Assembly (NCBI GenBank): GCA_023150875.1
Contig: JAKLKC010000015.1
Location: 21,953 to 85,952, forward strand
Direction of reading: 5' to 3'
Length of the DNA: 64,000 nt
From: Myxococcota bacterium
GTDB taxonomy: Bacteria; Myxococcota_A; UBA796; UBA9615; JAKLKC01
The translations under genes were made by a program, and so were the position numbers. The notes under the pieces were generated by a model that was given only the letters and a program-made list of their open reading frames with translations, did not search any database and was not told the DNA's origin. Below, one piece after another: positions 26,140 to 35,741 of the stretch (position 1 is its first letter; the number at the start of each line of letters is the position of its first letter).

Positions 26140-29100
26140 CTACCTCCCCCCGAAGAGCAGGGGCTCGACGGCCTTCAGGTGGTCCAGGTTCGCCCGCGCC
26201 GCGGCGTTGTCGGGGTCGATCTGCAGGACCCGCTCCCATTGCCCCTTCGCCTGGTCGGGCCTCCCCTCCACCAGGAAGACCGTACCCAGGTTGCCGATGG
26301 CCGCCACGTCCTCGGGCGCGTCCAGGACCACCCGCATCAGCTCCGCCTTCGCCTCCCGCACCCTCCCGAGGTCCAGGAGGATCTGGCCCCTCAGGCTCCG
26401 GTAGGCCACGTCGTCCCGGACCACCAGGGCCCTCTGCACCTGGTCCAGCGCCCGCTGGAGGGCCTCGGGATCGGGGCGGGAAGGGTCCTCGCGCCGCGCG
26501 CTGTAGTAGTAGGTCTCGGCGAGGCCGGCCATGATCCGGTCGTCCCGGGGGGAGAGGGCCTGGGCGCGCCGGTAGCTGTTCGCCGCCTGGTCCAGCAGGC
26601 CCTTGGCCCGATAGACGTTGGCGAGGTTGTTCACGGCGTCCACGCTCGAAGGATGGGCGGCGGTGGCCTTCTCCAGGGAGGTCGCCGCGTCGTCCAGCCG
26701 GTCCTGGCGGCGCCGCGCGTCCGCGAGCCCCAGCAGCCCCACCAGGTCCAGGGGGCGGATCCCCAGGGCCTCCTCGAAGCGGGTCGCCGCCAGCTCGGCG
26801 TCCCCGGCGTGGAGGGCGATCCGCCCGAGGAGGAGCAGCGCCTCCACCTCCCGGGGGTCGATGGCCGTCGCCAGCACGAGCTGGGTCTCGGCCTCCCGGA
26901 GCTGGCCGGCCGCCAGGAGCGCCCGGGCTCGGGAGATGAGCGTGCCGGTCATGGGGAGCAGCGCGGCCCCCGGAGCCGCGCCCCGGGCCAGCTCTCCGGA
27001 GAGGCGCAGGGCGGCGCGGGTGTCTCCCCGGGCCACCTCCCGGAGCAGGTCCAGCCACTTGGGCCGCACCGCGTCCTCCGCCTCCAGCCGCGCGTCGAGG
27101 GGGAGCCGGACCTCGTCGGGCAGGCGGGAGAGGTCGAAGAGGGACGCCACTGGCGGGGGATCGGCGGGGAGGGCGTCCAGGGCGGTGGGGCGGAGGCCCG
27201 AGAGGCGGTCCCGGGCCGCGGCGAAGGCGATCCTCGCCGCGGAGCCCCCACGGCTCCCCTCCAGCTCTCGGACCGCCACCACCGCCCGGGCCAGCAGGTC
27301 GGCGGGCTCCAGCACGCCCGAGGCCCGGAGTCCCCGGGCCGTGGCCGACCTCTCCTTCATCCGATACGCCGCCGCGGTCGCCTCGAACGGGCCGCCGCCG
27401 CCTCCCCGGGCCAGCAGGATGGCCTCGTCCCCGCCCGGACCCAGCCAGAGGAGGGCCTCCGGGTGGACCGCGGCCAGCCCCGCGGCGAGCCCGCCCAGCA
27501 GGTCGGGCCCGACCCCCCGGAGGGGAGCCCGCACCGCGAGCACGGCGCCGGGCGAGAGCCCCCGGGCCAGCGCCTCCATCCACGCCGCCGTCCACGCCCG
27601 CGCCCCCCCCGAGGCCCACGGGGCCGGGAGGTCGACGACCACCACGTCGTACGCGCCGGGCTCCGTCCCCACGGTCCAGGGATCCCCGGGCGCCAGCCGG
27701 ACCGCGGGGTGGCCCAGGGCGCGGGCCGCCTCCCCCGACCGGGGGAGCAGCCGGAGCAGCGCTGGATCCTCGACGACGCGCACGGACGCGGGATCCTCGG
27801 TCAGGACCGCCTCCAGCACCCCCGGGTGTCGCAGCCCGACGAGCAGGGCCCGGGACGGAGGCTCCCGGAACAGGAACGGGAGGTGCCCGAGGAAGGCGGA
27901 CTCCGCCGCCTCCTCCGGCCCGAGGGAGGTCGCGTGCCCGGCGTGCCAGAGCGTCTCGCCGAGCGCGCCTCCCCGGGTCAGCAGGGCGGGTCCCGCCGCG
28001 CCCCACGCCTCGCCGGCCAGTTCGGCTCCCCGCAGGTCCGCCTCCAGCCTCGCGAGGGACCCGGGATCGGAGGCGTGGAGGGCGGGGGACACGGCGGCGG
28101 TGAGGCGGGAGGGCAGGGGGAGGGACACGGCCCCGACCGCCACCAGCACCAGGGGCGCCAGCGTGGTCGCGATCCCGGACGGCCCCCGCGCCTCGGCAGG
28201 GCGCAGGGCGACGGACGCCAGGGCGACCGCTACGGCGAGGACCAGGAGGGCGAGGTCGGCGGGGACCCCTAGGGAGGGCAGGGTGGTCACGAGGACGCCG
28301 GCGAGGAGGCCGGCGGCGTGGAAGCGTCCCCAGGGCCGCGCCCCCAGGCAGGTCCCCCACGCGGCCCCCGCCGCCACCGGCCCGAGCGCCAGCGCCAGCC
28401 ACCCGATCCGGCAGGCGCTCGCCCACGACAGCCCGGGGGGGCCCAGGGAGGCGGGGTGGGCCAGAAGGGTGCCGGGGAGGGCGGAGAGCAGGGCGACGGA
28501 GAGGAAGAGGCCCAGGGCCGCGGCGGCCCATGGGGAGCCGGAGCCCCGTCCCGGTCGGCCGACCCTCATCGCCACCAGGAGGCCCACCGCCAGGCCGGGG
28601 GTGCTGGCCGCCGCGACCTCCAGGGGGAGGGAGGCCAGGGGCGAGAGGGCCAACCCCGCGAGGGGGAGCAGCAGGCCCGGCGCCGCGGCGGCGAGGGCAC
28701 CGGCGAGGAAGCCGGCGAGGGGAGGGGAGCCCGGGACCGCGGGGCGGGCGGCTGGCGGGGCGGCCGGGGTGGCGGCCATCCCGAGGGCGGCCAGGAGACT
28801 GACCAGGGGCCAGGGGACCCCGGCCAGCAGCGGCGGCGCGGCGGCCAGCACCACGCCCGCGGCGGCGATCCGGACGGGGGACGGAGGGGAGGGGCGCAGG
28901 GCCGGCGCCAGGACCGCGCCGGCGCCGAGGGCGAGCCCGAGCAGGACGATCCACTCGATGAAGGGCGAGATCCCCGCCGCCGCCACACCCAGCCTTCCGG
29001 CCCCCAGCACCGCCCAGGGCAGGGCCGCGACCCCGAGGGGAAGGACCCACCCCGGGGCCGCGACCCCCCGCGGGCGCGCCACGGCGGCGGCCGCCGCGAC

Positions 29101-29241
29101 GCAGGCGAGCTGCCAGGCCAGGACGGGGGAGGGGAACACCTCCACCGCCGCCGCGAGCGCCGCCGCGCCGGCCAGGCCCCACGAGGCCCCGCTGAACGCG
29201 GCCGCCCCGCGGGCCCCGAGCCATCGGACCGTCGGGCTCAC
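26140..29241 (-). CDS. Fused membrane (MFS-like)/spermidine-synthase-like/TPR protein
   Basis: About 10-13 N-terminal TMs; YDVVVVDLPAPW...GLSPGAVL; C-terminal TPRs (AVNNLANVY, AIGNLGTVF, DPDNAAARANL). Confidence 0.7.
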   Translation of the reverse strand: MSPTVRWLGARGAAAFSGASWGLAGAAALAAAVEVFPSPVLAWQLACVAAAAAVARPRGVAAPGWVLPLGVAALPWAVLGAGRLGVAAAGISPFIEWIVLLGLALGAGAVLAPALRPSPPSPVRIAAAGVVLAAAPPLLAGVPWPLVSLLAALGMAATPAAPPAARPAVPGSPPLAGFLAGALAAAAPGLLLPLAGLALSPLASLPLEVAAASTPGLAVGLLVAMRVGRPGRGSGSPWAAAALGLFLSVALLSALPGTLLAHPASLGPPGLSWASACRIGWLALALGPVAAGAAWGTCLGARPWGRFHAAGLLAGVLVTTLPSLGVPADLALLVLAVAVALASVALRPAEARGPSGIATTLAPLVLVAVGAVSLPLPSRLTAAVSPALHASDPGSLARLEADLRGAELAGEAWGAAGPALLTRGGALGETLWHAGHATSLGPEEAAESAFLGHLPFLFREPPSRALLVGLRHPGVLEAVLTEDPASVRVVEDPALLRLLPRSGEAARALGHPAVRLAPGDPWTVGTEPGAYDVVVVDLPAPWASGGARAWTAAWMEALARGLSPGAVLAVRAPLRGVGPDLLGGLAAGLAAVHPEALLWLGPGGDEAILLARGGGGGPFEATAAAYRMKERSATARGLRASGVLEPADLLARAVVAVRELEGSRGGSAARIAFAAARDRLSGLRPTALDALPADPPPVASLFDLSRLPDEVRLPLDARLEAEDAVRPKWLDLLREVARGDTRAALRLSGELARGAAPGAALLPMTGTLISRARALLAAGQLREAETQLVLATAIDPREVEALLLLGRIALHAGDAELAATRFEEALGIRPLDLVGLLGLADARRRQDRLDDAATSLEKATAAHPSSVDAVNNLANVYRAKGLLDQAANSYRRAQALSPRDDRIMAGLAETYYYSARREDPSRPDPEALQRALDQVQRALVVRDDVAYRSLRGQILLDLGRVREAKAELMRVVLDAPEDVAAIGNLGTVFLVEGRPDQAKGQWERVLQIDPDNAAARANLDHLKAVEPLLFGGR

Positions 29242-29465
29242 TGGTGGATCTCGCCTCCTGACGCCGGCGCACCGCCCGGCGGCGCCCTCGCCGACCCCGG
29301 AAGGGAGCGCGGAGCCAGGCGCACCCGGCGATCATACCCTCTCCGTCTCCGGCGGGCGGAGCGGGGGGGGCTCCCGCAGCCCCGGCGGCCGCACCCGGGC
29401 CGCGGGCCGCGCCCTACGGCTCCGGAGCACGAACGGTACGGCAACCTCGACGTTGCGCGTGCGCC

Positions 29466-29494
29466 TTGACACGGGTTTGGGTTCGCGCGACCAT
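29466..29494 (+). promoter_or_regulatory. Putative sigma70 promoter of the pilMNOPQ operon
   Basis: TTGACA-17 bp-GACCAT, about 210 bp upstream of pilM. Confidence 0.55.
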
Positions 29495-29704
29495 CGCCGC
29501 AGAGAAGCCGAAGGATCTAGCACTCTTGCAGGCCCCGGGGCGCCCTGATGCCCCCCGGGGGGGGCCCGCCTCGGCGATGTCGGGGTGGGGTCGACGGGAT
29601 CGGAGTCCCCTTTTTCTCGGGAACGCCCGTATCCTGTCTTCGTTCCGGGCGGGGCGGGAGACCCGCTGATTGCGGGCGTCGGAGCGGCGCCCGCGGAGGA
29701 CCGG

Positions 29705-30781
29705 ATGGTCTCGCTCTTCTCACGACCCAAGGGCACGGTGGGACTCGACATCGGGTCGAGCTACATCAAGGTGCTGGAGCTGGGGCCGAGCAAGGGCGGC
29801 CACGGGCTCGTCAACTTCGGCATGAAGAAGCTGCCGCCGGAAGCGATCGTCGACGGCGCCCTCATGAACTCGAACGTGATCGTCGAGTCGATCCGGGAGC
29901 TCCTCCAGACCCACCGCATCCGCACCAAGGACGTCGTCACCTCGGTCTCGGGGCACTCGGTCATCATCAAGAAGATCAACATGCCCGCCATGTCCCGGGA
30001 GGAGCTCGAGGAGTCCATCCAGTGGGAGGCGGAGCAGTACATCCCCTTCGACATCAACGACGTCAACATCGACGTGCAGATCCTGTCGAACGCCGGGTCC
30101 GACTCCGAACAGATGGAGGTCCTCCTCGCCGCCGCCAAGAAGGACATGATCAACGACTACGTCGCGATCATCCAGGAGGCGGGGCTCAACCCCGTGGTCA
30201 TCGACGTCGACTCCTTCGCCGTCGAGAACATGTTCGAGGTCAACTACGACGTCGACCCGGGGCAGACCGTCGTGCTGGTCAACATCGGCGCCAGCATCGT
30301 CAACATCAACGTGCTCCGGGGCGGCGCCACCGCCTTCACCCGCGACATCACCCTCGGCGGCAACCAGTACACCGAGGAGATCCAGAAGCAGCTCAACGTC
30401 AGCTATGAAGAGGCCGAGGCGCTCAAGATCGGCGGCGAGATCATCCGAGACGCCCAGGCGGTGGTCCCCGAGGAGGTGCAGGGGATCATCCAGAACGTCT
30501 CGGACAACGTGGCCACCGAGATCCAGCGCTCCCTCGACTTCTACACGGCCACGTCGAGCGAGGATCGCATCTCGAAGATCTACCTCAGCGGCGGCTCCGC
30601 CCGCATCCCGGGGCTGACCCGGACGATCCAGGCCCGCTCGTCCGTGGACGTTGAGATCGTCAACCCCTTCCGGCGCATCGAGATCGACGAGCGGAACTTC
30701 AACGTCGGATTCCTGAACGAGGTCGCGCCGATGGCCGCGGTCGCCGTGGGCCTCGCGCTCCGGAAGGCGGGCGACAAATGA
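29705..30781 (+). CDS. pilM: Type IV pilus assembly protein PilM
   Basis: VGLDIGSSYIKV, IQWEAEQYIPF, EIQRSLDFY, LSGGSA, VAVGLALR; start re-called at ATG 29705 (GGAGG RBS). Confidence 0.97.
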   Translation: MVSLFSRPKGTVGLDIGSSYIKVLELGPSKGGHGLVNFGMKKLPPEAIVDGALMNSNVIVESIRELLQTHRIRTKDVVTSVSGHSVIIKKINMPAMSREELEESIQWEAEQYIPFDINDVNIDVQILSNAGSDSEQMEVLLAAAKKDMINDYVAIIQEAGLNPVVIDVDSFAVENMFEVNYDVDPGQTVVLVNIGASIVNINVLRGGATAFTRDITLGGNQYTEEIQKQLNVSYEEAEALKIGGEIIRDAQAVVPEEVQGIIQNVSDNVATEIQRSLDFYTATSSEDRISKIYLSGGSARIPGLTRTIQARSSVDVEIVNPFRRIEIDERNFNVGFLNEVAPMAAVAVGLALRKAGDK

Positions 30782-31335
30782 TCAGGATCAACCTCCTCCC
30801 CGTCCGCCAGACCCGCAAGAAGGCGGCGGTCCAGCGGCACCTCGCCTATTTCGGGGTGGGACTGGTCGCGGTGGTTGCGGTCTGCGCCTGGCGCTTCGTG
30901 GGGATCACCCGCCAGGTGACCGCCGCCGAGACCGAGAACCGCGAGCTCCGCACGGAGATCGAGGACCTGAAGAGGATCGTCGGGAAGGTCGAGGAGTTCG
31001 AGAAGATCAAGCAGGAGCTGGAGAAGAAGCTCTCCGTGATCAACGATCTCCGGGCCCACAAGACCGGCCCCGTGCACGTGCTCGACGAGATCGCCACGCG
31101 GATCCCCGAGAAGCTCTGGATCACCTCCCTGGAGACCGCGGGGAACCGGATCAAGCTGTCCGGTCAGGCGGTGAACAACGAGACCGTGGCGACGTTCATG
31201 TCGAGCCTCGAGGACTCCGCGTACTTCGGCGAGGTCTTCCTGGAGAAGATCGAGCAGGCCGCGGAGAAGAGGGAGTCCGCCACCAAGATGAAGCTCTTCC
31301 AGGTGACCGCGGTGCTGAGGGTGCCGGGCGCGTGA
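30778..31335 (+). CDS. pilN: Type IV pilus assembly protein PilN
   Basis: MIRINLLP, TM, coiled coil, KLWITSL, VATFMSSLEDS. Confidence 0.96.
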   Translation: MIRINLLPVRQTRKKAAVQRHLAYFGVGLVAVVAVCAWRFVGITRQVTAAETENRELRTEIEDLKRIVGKVEEFEKIKQELEKKLSVINDLRAHKTGPVHVLDEIATRIPEKLWITSLETAGNRIKLSGQAVNNETVATFMSSLEDSAYFGEVFLEKIEQAAEKRESATKMKLFQVTAVLRVPGA

Positions 31336-31396
31336 ACCCCCGGCTCGACTCCTGGCAGGACGCAGGCGCCCGTTCCCGTAGCCGAGGCGAGCGACC

Positions 31397-32032
31397 GTGA
31401 ACCAGTTCATCGAACGAATCGCGAAGCTTCCAGACTCGCAGAAGGCGCTGGCGGCGCTGATCCTGTACGGCGTCGTCTACGTCCTCTTCCACTTCCTGGT
31501 CTACACCGGGAAGGTCGCGGCACTGGAAGAGCAGGCGAGCCAGAAGGAGCAGCTCGTCACCGAGCGGGAGGAGGTCAAGCGCAAGGCCGAGAACCGCGAG
31601 CGGTTCGAGAAGGAGGTCGCGGCGCTGAACGAGCGTCTGGGACTCGCCCTCAAGGAACTCCCCAACGAGCGGGAGGTGCCGGAGCTGCTGCGGCGGATCT
31701 CGTCCCTGGGCAAGAAGATCGGCCTCGAGTTCCTGCTGTTCCAGCCCTTGCCGGAGGTCAAGAAGAACTTCTACGCCGAGGTCCCGGTCAAGATCGTCGT
31801 CCAGGGCGCCTACCACGAAGTGGCCCTCTTCTTCGACCGCGTGGGCAAGCTGAACCGGATCGTCAACATCGCGGACATCAAGATGGCCGATCCCCGCGAG
31901 AGCAGCGGGAGGGTGATGCTCACCACCGAGGGGAAGGCGGTCACCTACCGCTTCCTCGACGCCTCGGAGCAACCGCCACCTCCCACCGAGACCAAGAAGA
32001 AGAAGGAGGCGGACTCCGATGGAGGTGAGTAG
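31397..32032 (+). CDS. pilO: Type IV pilus assembly protein PilO
   Basis: ELPNEREVPELL, FYAEVPV, GAYHEVALFFDRVGKLNRIVN; operon position. Confidence 0.96.
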   Translation: MNQFIERIAKLPDSQKALAALILYGVVYVLFHFLVYTGKVAALEEQASQKEQLVTEREEVKRKAENRERFEKEVAALNERLGLALKELPNEREVPELLRRISSLGKKIGLEFLLFQPLPEVKKNFYAEVPVKIVVQGAYHEVALFFDRVGKLNRIVNIADIKMADPRESSGRVMLTTEGKAVTYRFLDASEQPPPPTETKKKKEADSDGGE

Positions 32033-32603
32033 GCGCGCTGTGGCGGAGGTCTCGCGGGCCGCGCGGGCGCGTGTTCCGGGGCTCCGCGCCGGGTTCGGGC
32101 TGATCTCGGTCCTGGTCCTCTCCTGGGGCTGCGCCGGAGGAGGCGGCGAGGGCGGGGGCGAGGACGTGGCGCCGAAGAAGCGGCGCGCCGAGGTCGACAA
32201 GGCCGCCGAGGCCTCCGCCGCCCCTCCCGTGGCCGAGGACTACAGCTACAACCCCATTGGCAAGAGGGACCCCTTCCGCTCCTTCATCGCCCGGGACGTC
32301 GTCGCCCCCCTGGACGCCGGCGAGCTGGGGCCCCTCCAGATGTGGGAGCTCGACCAGTTCCGCCTGGTGGCCATCGTGTGGGGGCAGGACCGCTCGACGG
32401 CGATGGTCCAGGACCCCGAGGGGATCGGGCACGTCGTCGAGGTCGGCACCCTCATCGGCAAGAACTGGGGGCGCGTGACCCAGATCAGGGCGGAGGAGCT
32501 GGTCGTCACCGAGGAATACCGGGACGAGATCGAGAACCGGCTGATCGTGAACGAGATCCCCGTCAAGCTGCCCTCGCAGGAGCAGGCGGGAGGTCGGGGA
32601 TGA
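32019..32603 (+). CDS. pilP: Type IV pilus assembly lipoprotein PilP
   Basis: LSWGC lipobox, YNPIGKRDPF, PLQMWELDQF, IGKNWGRV. Confidence 0.95.
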   Translation: MEVSRRAVAEVSRAARARVPGLRAGFGLISVLVLSWGCAGGGGEGGGEDVAPKKRRAEVDKAAEASAAPPVAEDYSYNPIGKRDPFRSFIARDVVAPLDAGELGPLQMWELDQFRLVAIVWGQDRSTAMVQDPEGIGHVVEVGTLIGKNWGRVTQIRAEELVVTEEYRDEIENRLIVNEIPVKLPSQEQAGGRG

Positions 32604-32749
32604 GCGGAGCCCCCACGGTCCGGCCGCCCCACCCCACCACCCGCCGCGGCGGTGGCCGGTGGTCGGAATCCCGGGTCCCCCCCGGCATCCACGGCGCCAG
32701 CGCCGTGCGAGACAACGCCGCAGCAGCGGGAAGCAGAGGACATCGAGCC

Positions 32750-35221
32750 ATGGTGGTCAAGTCGCGCTCCCTGAACGGTTGGTTCGCGCTGGCGACGGCG
32801 TTGCTGTTCGCCATCCTCCTGTCTCCCCGGTCCGCGGCGGCGGCGCCGTCCAACGAGCTCCTGGGGATCGACCTCCAGGACTCGGCGAGCGCGCTGAAGG
32901 TCAGGATCCGCACCGCGTCGCGCCCGGACAGCACCACCTACCGGATGTCGGAGCCCCTCCGGGTCATCGTCGAGCTCCGGGACACCGGGATCGGCGCGAC
33001 CCGGCCCCTGATGTCGGTGAACAACGGCACCCTGTACGAGGTGCGCGCCGAGCAGATCGCCGCCGCCGACGGTGTGCTCACCCGGGTGGTGCTCTACCTC
33101 GACGCCGTCAAGGACTTCGTGGCCGTGCCCGGCGAGGACGGGGTCGCCGTCGACCTCCTGAAGGGATCCACGGCGGCGTCGGGGGACGCCATCGCCAGCG
33201 CCATCGAGGGATACGGTGGGGGGACCTCGTCCGCCGAGCCCGGCCGCTTCGATCCCGAGCAGCTCTCGTCCGTCCAGGGCGATCACGCCTTTCCCGGCTA
33301 CCAGGGGGGCGTGACGCGGATCCTGGGCATCGACTTCCAGAACCGCCCCGGGAGTGCCGACGTGTCCCACGTGGTCATCACCGGCGACGACCAGGTGGAC
33401 TACGAGGCGGCGCGGCAGGGCGACCGGGAGGTGGTCGTCCGGGTGCGGAACGCCCGACTCGGGACCGGACTCGAGAGGGCCCTCGACACCAGTCGGTTCC
33501 CCAGCGGCATCGAGAGGGTGACCGCCTACCAGGACCGCCGCCGCAAGGACGAGGTGCGGGTCGTGATCGACCTCTCCGAGCCCATCGAGCCCACCGTCAC
33601 CCGCTCCGGAAAGGACCTGGAGATCGTCACGCTGGAGTTCGCCATCCCGCCCGCCATCGCCGCCAGCCGCGCCGAGGCGGGAGAAGCGGTCGCGGCCGTC
33701 GACCAGTCCGCGCCGCCCCCCGCCGCCGCCCCCGCCCCGCGCGCCGAGAGCGCCGTCGGCCGGGAGAAGCTCGTCTCCGGCGGCCGCTCCCTGGACCCCG
33801 CCAGCGCCCTGAAGGTCGACGAGGGGCTCTTCGGGCGTGAGGACGGGCTGATCCTGGAGGGCAGGAACGACTGGTCGGGGCGCCGGATCAACATGGACCT
33901 GGTCAACGCGGACATCCACAACGTCTTCCGCCTGATCAGCCACGTCAGCAAGCTCAACATCGTCTCCAGCGACGAGGTGAAGGGCACGGTGACCGTGCGC
34001 CTCATCGACGTGCCCTGGGACCAGGCCCTCGCGGCGATCCTCCAGGCGAAGGGGCTCGGAGCCAGCCAGTTCGGCAACATCATCCGCGTGGCCGCCATCG
34101 AGACGATCCGCGCCGAGAAGGAGGAGGCGGTCCAGGCCCAGAAGGCCACCGTCAGCCTGCTCCCGCTGTCCATCCTCACGCTGCCGCTGAACTACGCGCA
34201 GGCCAAGGACATGGAGGCCCAGGTCAAGGCCGTGCTGTCCGAGAGGGGCACCGTCGCCAAGGACGAGCGCACCAACACCCTCATCGTCAAGGACATCCAG
34301 GAGGGCATCGTCCGCGCCCGGGAGCTGGTGCTCGCCCTCGACACCCAGACGCCCCAGGTCAGCATCAAGGCCCGCATCGTCGAGGCGAACCAGAGCTGGA
34401 GCCGTGCCCTGGGCATCCAGTGGGGCGGGAACCTCAACTTCAGCCGGTCCAGCGGGAGCCCCACGGGCCTCTACTTCCCCAACGACGTCGGGGTGTCCGG
34501 CGGCAACTCCACCGGCATCCTGAGCGGTTCGGGCTCCGCGGTCTCCCAGCAGGGCGCGACGACCTTCTCCACCGCCCCCACCTGGGTCGTGGACCTGCCG
34601 GTCAGCAACAGCGCCGGGAGCCTCGCCATCGCCCTCGGCTCCATCACCGACACCCTCGGGCTGGACGTGCGGCTCTCGGCCATCGAGGCCGCCGGCGAGG
34701 GGCGCGTGATCTCGAGCCCGTCGGTCATCGCCGCGACCAACGAGAAGGCGACCATCGAGCAGGGCTCGAAGATCCCCTACGTCACCAGCTCGCTGCGGGG
34801 CACCCAGACACAGTTCGCCGACGCCACCCTCAAGCTGGACGTGACCCCCCAGATCACCGCCGACCGCAACGTGATCCTGGAGATGGAGATCACCAAGAAC
34901 ACCGTGGACTTCGGGCAGACCGTCGCGGGCCTCCCCACCATCGAGGTCAAGGAGGTCTCCACCACGGCGATGGTGAAGGACGGCGAGACCACCGTGATCG
35001 GTGGCGTGTACAGCGTCGACGAGAGCTCCCAGCGGACGTACATCCCCGGCCTCGGCGAGATCCCCATCCTCGGCGCCCTGTTCAAGCAGACGAGCAAGAA
35101 CTCGTCCCGCAAGGAGCTGCTGGTCTTCATCACGCCGACGATCCTCACCGCCAGCCTCCCCCGGCAGACCACTCTGGACGCGGGCGAGGTCGCGGTCGGG
35201 GCCGCGGGTGGCGGTCGCTGA
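32750..35221 (+). CDS. pilQ: Type IV pilus secretin PilQ with AMIN domains
   Basis: INMDLVNADIHNVFRLI, VPWDQAL, DERTNTLIV, QVSIKARIVE, DGETTVIGG, IPILGALFK, ELLVFITP; start re-called at ATG 32750. Confidence 0.97.
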   Translation: MVVKSRSLNGWFALATALLFAILLSPRSAAAAPSNELLGIDLQDSASALKVRIRTASRPDSTTYRMSEPLRVIVELRDTGIGATRPLMSVNNGTLYEVRAEQIAAADGVLTRVVLYLDAVKDFVAVPGEDGVAVDLLKGSTAASGDAIASAIEGYGGGTSSAEPGRFDPEQLSSVQGDHAFPGYQGGVTRILGIDFQNRPGSADVSHVVITGDDQVDYEAARQGDREVVVRVRNARLGTGLERALDTSRFPSGIERVTAYQDRRRKDEVRVVIDLSEPIEPTVTRSGKDLEIVTLEFAIPPAIAASRAEAGEAVAAVDQSAPPPAAAPAPRAESAVGREKLVSGGRSLDPASALKVDEGLFGREDGLILEGRNDWSGRRINMDLVNADIHNVFRLISHVSKLNIVSSDEVKGTVTVRLIDVPWDQALAAILQAKGLGASQFGNIIRVAAIETIRAEKEEAVQAQKATVSLLPLSILTLPLNYAQAKDMEAQVKAVLSERGTVAKDERTNTLIVKDIQEGIVRARELVLALDTQTPQVSIKARIVEANQSWSRALGIQWGGNLNFSRSSGSPTGLYFPNDVGVSGGNSTGILSGSGSAVSQQGATTFSTAPTWVVDLPVSNSAGSLAIALGSITDTLGLDVRLSAIEAAGEGRVISSPSVIAATNEKATIEQGSKIPYVTSSLRGTQTQFADATLKLDVTPQITADRNVILEMEITKNTVDFGQTVAGLPTIEVKEVSTTAMVKDGETTVIGGVYSVDESSQRTYIPGLGEIPILGALFKQTSKNSSRKELLVFITPTILTASLPRQTTLDAGEVAVGAAGGGR

Positions 35222-35741
35222 GGGACGTGCTCCCCATCTCCCCGTGGTCCTGGGGGGCTTCATGGGGGCGGGCAAGAGCACGGTGGGCGGCCTCCTCGCC
35301 CGCCGCATGGGATGGCCCTTCGTGGACCTGGACCGCCGGGTGGAGACGGAGCTCGGGATGACGGTGGCGCAGATCTTCCGGACGTTGGGCGAGCCCGCGT
35401 TCCGGGCCGCCGAGGCGGCGGCGCTGCGCTCTGCCCTGGGCGACGCGCCGTCGGTGGTCGCGGTCGGGGGCGGGACGCTCTGCGACGCCGCCCTCCGGGC
35501 CGAGGCGAGGCGGCGGGCGAGGGTGATCACCCTCGAAGTCGGGCCCGAGGAGGCGCTGCGCCGGATCGGGACGGATCCGGGGCGACCGCTGGCCTCCGCG
35601 GGCATCGCGGGGGTCCGGGAGCTCCACGCCTCGCGTCACGCCGCATACGCCGACGCCGACCGGGTGGTGCCCACCCAGGGACGCACCCCCGGCGAGGTGG
35701 CGGCGGCCGTGGAGCGCTGGATCCGGGAGGACCGGCGGTGA
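35208..35741 (+). CDS. aroK: Shikimate kinase
   Basis: GFMGAGKSTVG, FVDLD, GEPAFRAAE, GGG, RPL; start approximate. Confidence 0.93.
   Translation: MAVAEGRAPHLPVVLGGFMGAGKSTVGGLLARRMGWPFVDLDRRVETELGMTVAQIFRTLGEPAFRAAEAAALRSALGDAPSVVAVGGGTLCDAALRAEARRRARVITLEVGPEEALRRIGTDPGRPLASAGIAGVRELHASRHAAYADADRVVPTQGRTPGEVAAAVERWIREDRR

Noticed and set aside
29513-29530. CIRCE or sigma54 site (CTAGCACTCTTGCA)
   Set aside because: Only one CIRCE half-site, and the GG-N10-GC spacing for sigma54 is not met
29495-29545. GEMM-I or glycine riboswitch in the pilM leader (AGAGAAGCCGAAGGATCTAG...CTTGCAGG)
   Set aside because: Only short superficial matches; the GYAAA/GNRA-receptor core and the glycine P2 stem are missing
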